A DNA stretch of 63,084 nucleotides, the filler included, from Octopus bimaculoides (taxonomy: Eukaryota): the NCBI RefSeq assembly GCF_001194135.2. It is 4 parts of 4 records of this genome, joined end to end, with 100 filler letters (N's around TTAATTAATTAA, not from the genome) between each part and the next. Parts side by side here need not be neighbours in the genome. Positions count along the whole stretch, not along the records: positions 19,322 to 45,627 come from NC_068989.1; 3 more parts are not named here. One strand, given 5' to 3'. Below the pieces are notes generated by a model, which worked only from the letters and a program-made list of their open reading frames with translations, was not told where the DNA came from and searched no databases. Positions within the stretch are counted from its first letter, which is position 1. Each line of letters begins with the position of its first letter. This document shows, piece after piece, positions 26,179 through 35,300 of this stretch. A program made the position numbers and the translations under genes.

Positions 26179-28124
26179 TTTAGTAGAAAGTGGGTTATAC
26201 ATCTTTAGATTGTATACCTGACTTTCTACTATAAAATTAAAGAATATAAACAGAACGCTGAACTCCAGACTAAATAACTTAAACAACATTTTATTTAAGT
26301 GGTAAACATACATATCTTTAGTTATACATCTTTAGAGGTGAGAATAACGAGCTGTCAAGTGTAAGACCGAAAGATGTAGAGACAGCTTTAAACACACGTC
26401 CATGCTCAATCGCTGGCCAGCGAGAAAGAGAATGACTTGAGCGGGAAACGCTTGCTTGTTTAATTCTACGCATGCGTAAGACTACGCATGCGCAGGCGTT
26501 ACTACAGAGCTCCCTCGCCAGAGCGGAAACACACGATAAATGAAATCTGTTAGAACGCCTGAGGCAGGATGGCCACTGAAAAACCACCCACAAGATGTGG
26601 TACAAACACACACAAAGAAAATTCAAAGNNNNNNNNNNNNNNNNNNNNNNNNNNNNNNNNNNNNNNNNNNNNNNNNNNNNNNNNNNNNNNNNNNNNNNNN
26701 NNNNNNNNNNNNNNNNNNNNNNNNNNNNNNNNNNNNNNNNNNNNNNNNNNNNNNNNNNNNNNNNNNNNNNNNNNNNNNNNNNNNNNNNNNNNNNNNNNNN
26801 NNNNNNNNNNNNNNNNNNNNNNNNNNNNNNNNNNNNNNNNNNNNNNNNNNNNNNNNNNNNNNNNNNNNNNNNNNNNNNNNNNNNNNNNNNNNNNNNNNNN
26901 NNNNNNNNNNNNNNNNNNNNNNNNNNATGACAATGACAAAACAACCGTGATGACAACTGTCCAGGAAACTGGAATCACGCGATGTAAAAGTCTAGAGTGT
27001 TTGTTTTCCCTGAAAGGAAAGAAAATGTATGAGTGCACAAGTGTGTGTGTGAGAAAAAACACAGAACAAGTGAAGGTGTCTGTAGTATAGACTGCGAAAA
27101 ATCCCAAAACACAGAGATAGAGTACATTGATGAAGACGTCGGCGCAGGAACTGCTATAGCTGTGTTCTGTATGTGTGGTGGTAATGATGTTGACAGTGGT
27201 AATGATTCAGTTGAAACTTGGCGACGTCGGGGGGAAAGCTTGTAATTGATAGTAGTAATTGTTGTTGTCACAGTGGTAATCTTGGTTGGCGCACGACGCT
27301 GGTGGTGAAAAGGCTGCTTGGTGATGAGTGTTTGAAAAGGTACGCTTTTACAGAATGATCGACAGACAAATCTCTGTACGACCATTAGCGAAAACCTTGA
27401 AGAAAAATTTTCTTAACCCAAGATGAAAAAACGACCGTGCGAAATGAAATAACAAGAGTTATTGTGTGGCATAAAAGATGTATGTGTAATGTGAGAGTGT
27501 GAAATGCGACATATAAAAACATAAAAACAGCAGGCCATAATTCTTGTTTGTTTTTCGTGAGTGGAAAAAAAATCCACTCTAACAGAGACGAGAATAAAAA
27601 CCGCGCTTGTTGAGTCGTGTTGACTATGGTTGGAGATGTTGGTAATGAGTCAGTCTCCATGGCCGTATTTGTTCTTTAGTCGAGGTTCACCAGTTATAAG
27701 TTGGTAGTCCAGAGTCCATGCTGCGTTTTTCTTCGTCGGGGTCACCACTTTAGTAGAAAGAGGATTATTGCAGCTCAGTGGGCTGCGTGATCGAATCACC
27801 TCCGGGGTCACCACTTTAGTAGAAAGTGGGTTATACATCTTTAGATTGTATACCTGACTTTCTACTATATAATTTAAGAATATGACGGAACGCTGAACTC
27901 CAGACTAAACAACTTAAACACTTTATTTAGGTGGTAAACATATAAACATCTTTAGTTCTGTTGAGTGAGCTGTCGAGTGTAAGTCCGAAAGATGTAGAGA
28001 CAGCTTTAAACACACGTCCATGCTCAATCGCTGGCCAGCGAGAAAGAGAATGAATTGAGCGGGAAACGCTTGCTTGTTTAATTCTACACATGCGTAAGAC
28101 TACGCATGCGCAGGCGTTACTACA
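26179..28124 (-). mobile_element. Non-autonomous LTR retroelement with tRNA-Trp PBS, nested in the Penelope-like element
   Basis: LTRs 26179-26506 and 27815-28124; 4-bp TSD CCTC (26175-26178 and 28125-28128); PBS TGGTGACCCCG next to the 5' LTR; purine-rich GGCGAGGGAG before the 3' LTR; no recognisable gag/pol in the visible internal region (299-N gap). Confidence 0.9.
27771..27813 (+). other. Copy of the tRNA-Trp 3' half including CCA (extended PBS)
   Basis: CAGCTCAGTGGGCTGCGTGATCGAATCACCTCCGGGGTCACCA versus metazoan tRNA-Trp, recalled as CAGATCAGAAGGCTGCGTGTTCGAATCACGTCGGGGTCACCA. Confidence 0.75.
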
Positions 28125-28747
28125 CCTCCATCTTGTATGTTATCTGAGTTATTGTGGTCTATCTTTTGTTTATTTTTGTTATTGGTCTTAAATCCTGTGA
28201 TGTTTTGATTTGTTTGTTCTTTGCCAGCAGACTTCATTTGTATGTTTAATTTCCTGTTGTTTTATTTATGTATGTAGTACTCCATGTTGTAAGACATTGC
28301 ATACAATATTTTCACTGTGTGCTTGTTGAATAAACAGTATTTATGTGTTTCAGGGAAGCATCAATTTAATGTTGCAATGAATTGCTTACCTATTTTGGAT
28401 GATATTTGCAGTCCAAAAATTGGATTATACCATACAACCTCCAAATTTTTGTACCTTTTGTTTGGTTTCTTCTTCCTATTTTGAGTTATATCTGTTTTCT
28501 TCCTTTCAGTTGTTCCTCATGTTTTCTCTTTTTTATTGTTATTCATTTGTTGATGTCATTTGTGTTTTGCGTGTATTCTACCTTATTTGCATTTGTGTTA
28601 TTGTTATTTGGGTTTTTGTTATTTTCAAACTTGATTTTTCCTTTATATCTGGCCCTAACTAGCACTTCATTGTAATATAGTGTATGTTGGTTGAATATTT
28701 CCTCTATGGCCAATAATCTTGATATTCTGGTGGCTATATTCTTAATT

Positions 28748-28996
28748 GTGGAGGCGCATGACTTAGTGGTTAGGGTGTCAGCACCATGGTCGTAAGATTG
28801 TGGTTTCGATTCCCGGACCAGGCAACATGTTGTGTTCTTGAGCAAAACACTTCATTTCACGTTGCTCCAATCCACTCAGCTAGCAAAAATGAGTAATGCT
28901 GCGATAGACTGGCGTCCCGTCCAGCTGGGGAATGCATACGTCATTAAAACTGGGAAACCGGGCCCATGAACCTGGTTAGGCGCATTTATTTATATT
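28748..28996 (+). mobile_element. tRNA-derived SINE family C with 13-bp TSD, nested in the Penelope-like element
   Basis: A box TGACTTAGTGG, B box GTTTCGATTCC; TSD TATATTCTTAATT at 28735-28747 and 28997-29009. Confidence 0.9.
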
Positions 28997-29477
28997 TATA
29001 TTCTTAATTATTCCCTTAGTTATGGATGGTGGATGAGTGGAATTTACATTTATCTATCTTAAGCATTCATTCAGCTTTTGGTATGGTTCATACAGGCCAC
29101 TTTCCAAATTAAAAGTCGCATCTAGGAAATTTGCCTTATGGTAATTACAGTCTATGGTTATAGAAAGGCCGAAACGTCTAAAAAAGATATGGAGTTCTTT
29201 TCTATATCTTTCTATCTTTATTTTTGTACAGTTTTTCTTTAGGAAAAGAGCATTGTCCTTGTACAGACTTCCCGTTATCAGTGGGAATTTGGATTTGATC
29301 TGGAATAAGAGATAGATTCCAATGATATCCGTTACCTAAGCTGAGTCATTCAATCCCATTGTTATTTTCACACACAAAGAATGCTCAAATCTAAACTTGG
29401 AAGTATATTGTAATACTACTGGCTATTTAGTAATTCTAAGAGTGAATGAACGCTGTTTTGTACTATGCTATGTTCTG

Positions 29478-29895
29478 AACAGTGCGAAGACCTGTTGGGG
29501 CAAGCAAAAGCAATGGCACCACCGTTCGAGCGTGATTATTACCAGCGTCGCCTTCCTGGCACTTGTGCTGCAGCTTCGCGTTCCTGGCACATAAAAAGTC
29601 ATTCGAGCGAGATCGTTGCCAGTGCCGCTGGACTGGCTCCTGTGCAGGTGGCACGTAAAATACACCATTTTGAGCGTGGCCATTGCCAGTACCTCCTGAC
29701 TGGCCTTTGTGCCAGTGACACATAAAAGCACTCACTACACTCTCGGAGTGGTTGGCATTAGGAAGGGCATCCTACTGTAGAAACTCTGCCAAATCAGATT
29801 GGAGCCTGGTGTTGCCATCCGGTTTCACCAGTCCTCAGTCAAATCGTCCCACCCATGCTAGCATGGAAAGCGGACGTTGAATGATGATGATGATG
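29478..29895 (+). mobile_element. RTE LINE 3' UTR fragment
   Basis: Degenerate modules of about 65 bp, then the conserved 3' end and (GAT)n. Confidence 0.85.
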
Positions 29896-29943
29896 TATGT
29901 GTATATGTACATATATCTACAGATATATATGTGTGTGTGTATA

Positions 29944-30173
29944 CTCTTTACTTTTTTACTTGTTTCAGTCATTTGGCTGCGGCCATGCTGGAGCACCGCC
30001 TTTAGTCGAGTAAATCGACCCCAAGACTTATTCTTTGTAAGTCTAGTACTTATTCTATTGGTCTCTTTTGCCAAACCGCTAAGTTACGGGGACGTAAACA
30101 TACCAGCATCGGTTGTCAAGCGATGCAGGGGGGACAAACACAGACACACAAACATATATATATATATATATAT
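29944..30173 (-). mobile_element. SINE family A 3' half
   Basis: CTTGTTTCAGTCATTTGGCTGCGGCCATGCTGGAGCACCGCC... Confidence 0.9.
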
Positions 30174-30814
30174 ANNNNNNNNNNNNNNNNNNNNNNNNNN
30201 NNNNNNNNNNNNNNNNNNNNNNNNNNNNNNNNNNNNNNNNNNNNNNNNNNNNNNNNNNNNNNNNNNNNNNNNNNNNNNNNNNNNNNNNNNNNNNNNNNNN
30301 NNNNNNNNNNNNNNNNNNNNNNNNNNNNNNNNNNNNNNNNNNNNNNNNNNNNNNNNNNNNNNNNNNNNNNNNNNNNNNNNNNNNNNNNNNNNNNNNNNNN
30401 NNNNNNNNNNNNNNNNNNNNNNNNNNNNNNNNNNNNNNNNNNNNNNNNNNNNNNNNNNNNNNNNNNNNNNNNNNNNNNNNNNNNNNNNNNNNNNNNNNNN
30501 NNNNNNNNNNNNNNNNNNNNNNNNNNNNNNNNNNNNNNNNNNNNNNNNNNNNNNNNNNNNNNNNNNNNNNNNNNNNNNNNNNNNNNNNNNNNNNNNNNNN
30601 NNNNNNNNNNNNNNNNNNNNNNNNNNNNNNNNNNNNNNNNNNNNNNNNNNNNNNNNNNNNNNNNNNNNNNNNNNNNNNNNNNNNNNNNNNNNNNNNNNNN
30701 NNNNNNNNNNNNNNNNNNNNNNNNNNNNNNNNNNNNNNNNNNNNNNNNNNNNNNNNNNNNNNNNNNNNNNNNNNNNNNNNNNNNNNNNNNNNNNNNNNNN
30801 NNNNNNNNNNNNNN

Positions 30815-31305
30815 AGTGCCCCTGGACTGGCTCATGTGCGAGCGACACATGAAATCTTTCGAGCGGGATCATTGCCAGTGCCCCTGGACTGGCTCATGTG
30901 CGGGTGACACATGAATCTTTCAAGCCGGATCGTTGCCAGTGCCCCTGGACTGGCTCATGTGCGGGCGACACATGATATCTTTCGAGCGAGTTCGTTGCCA
31001 GTGCCCCTGGACTGGCTCTTGTGCAGGTGACACATGAAATGTTTCGAGCGGGATCGTTTGCCAGTGCCCCCGGACTGGCTCTTGTGCAGGTGACACATGA
31101 GGTTTCTTCGAGCGAGATCGCTGCTGGTGCCCCTAGACTGGCTCTTGTGCGGGCGACACATGATATCTTTCGAGCGAGTTCGTTGCTAGTGCCCCTGGAC
31201 TGGCTCATGTGCGGGCGACACATGAAATCTTTCGAGCGGGATCGTTGCCAGTGCCCCTGGACTGGCTCATGTGCGGGCGACACATGATATCTTGCGAGCG
31301 GGATC
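30815..31305 (+). repeat. About 62-bp GC-rich minisatellite (8 visible units, gaps on both sides) derived from an RTE 3' UTR module
   Basis: Unit AGTGCCCCTGGACTGGCTCATGTGCGGGCGACACATGAAATCTTTCGAGCGGGATCGTTGCC; similar to the single module at 29604-29668; the RTE tail resumes at 32126. Confidence 0.95.
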
Positions 31306-32125
31306 NNNNNNNNNNNNNNNNNNNNNNNNNNNNNNNNNNNNNNNNNNNNNNNNNNNNNNNNNNNNNNNNNNNNNNNNNNNNNNNNNNNNNNNNNNNNNNN
31401 NNNNNNNNNNNNNNNNNNNNNNNNNNNNNNNNNNNNNNNNNNNNNNNNNNNNNNNNNNNNNNNNNNNNNNNNNNNNNNNNNNNNNNNNNNNNNNNNNNNN
31501 NNNNNNNNNNNNNNNNNNNNNNNNNNNNNNNNNNNNNNNNNNNNNNNNNNNNNNNNNNNNNNNNNNNNNNNNNNNNNNNNNNNNNNNNNNNNNNNNNNNN
31601 NNNNNNNNNNNNNNNNNNNNNNNNNNNNNNNNNNNNNNNNNNNNNNNNNNNNNNNNNNNNNNNNNNNNNNNNNNNNNNNNNNNNNNNNNNNNNNNNNNNN
31701 NNNNNNNNNNNNNNNNNNNNNNNNNNNNNNNNNNNNNNNNNNNNNNNNNNNNNNNNNNNNNNNNNNNNNNNNNNNNNNNNNNNNNNNNNNNNNNNNNNNN
31801 NNNNNNNNNNNNNNNNNNNNNNNNNNNNNNNNNNNNNNNNNNNNNNNNNNNNNNNNNNNNNNNNNNNNNNNNNNNNNNNNNNNNNNNNNNNNNNNNNNNN
31901 NNNNNNNNNNNNNNNNNNNNNNNNNNNNNNNNNNNNNNNNNNNNNNNNNNNNNNNNNNNNNNNNNNNNNNNNNNNNNNNNNNNNNNNNNNNNNNNNNNNN
32001 NNNNNNNNNNNNNNNNNNNNNNNNNNNNNNNNNNNNNNNNNNNNNNNNNNNNNNNNNNNNNNNNNNNNNNNNNNNNNNNNNNNNNNNNNNNNNNNNNNNN
32101 NNNNNNNNNNNNNNNNNNNNNNNNN

Positions 32126-32304
32126 NTGACACGTAAAAGCACCCACTACACTCTCTGAGTGGTTGGCGTTAGGAAGGGCATCCAGCTGTAGAAACTCTGC
32201 CAAATTAGATTGGAGCCTGGTGTTGCCATCCGGTTTCACCAGTCCTCAGTCAAATCGTCCAACCCATGCTAGCATGGAAGGTGGACGTTAAATGATGATG
32301 ATGA

Positions 32305-32308
<4 letters not shown>
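32126..32308 (+). mobile_element. RTE LINE terminal 3' UTR with (GAT)n tail
   Basis: Close match to 23480-23660 and 29720-29895. Confidence 0.9.
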
Positions 32309-32345
<37 letters not shown>

Positions 32346-32346
<1 letters not shown>

Positions 32347-35300
32347 TAGCTGAATTACCCAGTGTTTCCTGGGTTAGTACTGTTCTTATTCAGATTAGTA
32401 AATAATAAATATGAAGGATCTGGTTTCACTTGAGTTATAAATTCATAACCTTAACACAGCACTGTTTGCTTGTTGTGTAAGCTTAGTGTATTTCTCAGAA
32501 AGTAATATTTACTTTTAATACTCAATGGTTTTACACTTCTGTACATTACATGCATATACTATTCATGTAAGTGCTTCTTCATATACTCTGTTTTCGTCCT
32601 TGTCATGTTTATCACTGAGAATGTAGAGGTTCTTTTCATCTCCAAATCTAGAACATCCGACATACAACTGACCATGTGAGAAGCATGGTTGGAGAAGGTT
32701 AAGTCCCACCTTTATAGATTGACCTTATGCTTTGTTGATAGACATTGTAAAGCTCAGTTTGACAGGAAACTGCAGTCTCTTGAATTGAAAGGGGAGATCA
32801 TTTGAGATGAGAGGGATCCTTGGAATGAAGACATTCTCACACATCATGTTGCCTGTAATTATTGTTGCTTCCAACACATGGGGCATGGCTGTTTTAACAA
32901 CCAGCCTTGTTTCATTGCAGAGCCTAGGTGCATCAAGGTTTCTTAACAGCATTATGGGTGCACCTGCTTTCAGGATCAGAATGTGTGGTGGAAATCTTGG
33001 TGGTTGAAGTGAATTGAGGAACTTCACTGGGTAATGCGTTGCCTGTTCTTGATCAATGAGAGAGTCAATTGATCTCTATGAACATTCAGTTGCTGAAAGC
33101 TGAAACAACAAATTTAGATTCAGTTTGTATATAGCATCATTCTTTGGTGCCAGAATTGTTCTTTCACACAGCTACTTGTAACTTTTATAGTTTGTGGCAA
33201 TGTTTGGAGAGACCTTGCTCTTCAGTTCTTCAGGGGAGGCAGTCACAATGCCACATGGGAGGTGGTGCAAACTATCTTTGGGATCCCCTGGAAGTTTTCC
33301 ATTTCCAATATCAGGTAACTTCTTTGAGAACTCTGCAGCTAATGGGTCACCATGAATGTGAACCCTCATGTTAGTTGTCAGAGTAAGCTGCATGACATGT
33401 TACCAGATATATGAAGACTTGATGCAAGCTCTCAGCTCATCTGTCTTTATTCTTCTGGGAATGACAGGCAAAGTTTGCCTGGAGTCACCAGCCATGAGAA
33501 GGGTGACACTACCCATGATCTTATTGTTTCTGAAGTCTTGTAGTGTTCTATCAAGTGCCTTATCAAGTGCCTTCTATCAAGGCTGCCTTATGGGACATTG
33601 TTGCCTCATCCCAGACAATGAGTTTGACATTTGTAAGGAGCTTTGCTAATGCTGTTTTCTCTGATATGTTGCATAATGGATATTCATTTTGGATCAGGTT
33701 CAGAGGCAGCCTGAATGTTAAACAGGCTGTTCTTCCACCTGTGTGGTTGCAATTCCAGAGGATGCAACAGCCAGATCAATCTTCTGTCTCACGTTGGTAA
33801 GGAGCAGGTTCATTAATAATGTCTTTCCTGTGCCTCCAGGAGCATCTAAGAAGAAAACCCCACCAGTATCATTGTCCACAGATGCCAGAACTTGCCAGTA
33901 AACCTACTTTTGATCCTGTACCAGAAGTTGTTCCTTCTCATTGATAACTGCTTGCAAACTTTCCATGTTGTATTATGTTACCCTGAGTAATTCTTGTGTT
34001 AACTTGTGTTGAACATCTCTGATAGGAGCTGGAAGACCATAGAGTTCAAGTTTATTTCTACCCAGTGATCAAACCTTGATTGCAATTAATCTTATTGCTT
34101 CATTGAAGATGTCATCATTGAATGTGTCATCACCCTCACTAATATTGAATTCTGTGGAGAATGTTTTCACAAAGCCTCTCCATGTTTTTGTACCAAAGTT
34201 GTTTCAGATTTGACAATCCACAGTTCACCAACATTATGGAGAAGAGACTTCTCAGCTGCATAGGAGACTTGCATATTTGTGCCTCTCTCAGAGTGGCATC
34301 CCAGTGTGCTTCACCTTCCAAGACCTCTGAGATGGCAAGCCTGGTGATATGTTTGACATACTGTGATGCCAACTGTACGTTAGGCAGTGAATGATGTGGG
34401 TCCCTTGACACATGGTGCAACAAAAGCCTTAGATAGTTGCAATCTGAGTAGTTGGGATGGACAACATAGACTGCCAACTGTGTCTGATTTCTTGATTTCA
34501 GGATGATCTGTGGGTGCTCAAATTGCACATGGCTGCCATTCCTTTTGTTCCAGCTGTAGTATTGTGGAACTTCATCATCCTGACAGAGCTTGAAGAATGC
34601 TGTAAGTGTGGCATTGTTTGGGGCTTCCATTTGTTGTTGCATTGTCTGGGGTGAAGTAAACCCTTTCTCCATTCTCCAGGTGAACTGCAATGTGTTCCAC
34701 GTGGAGATATCTCTCATGAATGGGGAACTTCTCATGAATGGGGAACTTCTCATGAATGGGAAGGTTCTCCAACATGCTTCACCACTGCTGATGTACCTCC
34801 CAATTTGGAGGTCTTGATCTCATCATTGTTCTGTGAATCCTGGACTGCAGAGACTGCCATGTCAGATCCTTTGTTGACATATTTGCACACATACTTAATG
34901 GATTTCACTGAAATACAGAACTCAACATTGATGTGTGCATTGAATATCTTGGAGAGGAGTGGACAGTATGGTACTATCCACCTGTTGTCAACTGGAATTT
35001 CAGTATGAGATGACTTCTTGATGGTGGTTTCAAACCCACCATCACTTGGCCTTCTTCTTCCGTAGAGTGGATAGCCATCATATCTAGTCAGAGTCTCCCG
35101 AAGGAACTTCTTTGGAAAGCCTTCTGTACACTTTCTATCTGCATGCATTGAGCATATAAGTTGATATTCCCACATGGGCCATGTACCATTTGGGTCTTGA
35201 CCACATTGAGGATCTGAAATCTCTGCATTGATGAATTTGTCAATCATTCTGGCATGGATTTTATCTGTAAGCCATAGCAGGATGTGTACATGAGGAAGAC

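Larger units (their letters stand above)
25625..29470 (-). mobile_element. Decayed Penelope-like element (RT, thumb, Cys linker, GIY-YIG), split by two nested insertions
   Basis: Minus-strand translations: ITMGLNDSA*VTDIIGIY, LYKDNAL, NFLDATFNL, NSTHPPSI, EEIFNQHTLYYNE, VVWYNP, CICRRKSAC, NIIYKC...YIG, CDLSLEE...NK..E...CNH. Confidence 0.88.

Noticed and set aside
29130-29185. GGCCGAAACGTC resembling the 3' half of a hammerhead
   Set aside because: No intact CTGANGA core or stem I; on the minus strand it is Penelope-like RT coding sequence (FRRFGLS).
30815-31305. CRISPR-like array
   Set aside because: Contiguous full-length tandem units with no unique spacers, eukaryotic context, and derived from a LINE UTR.
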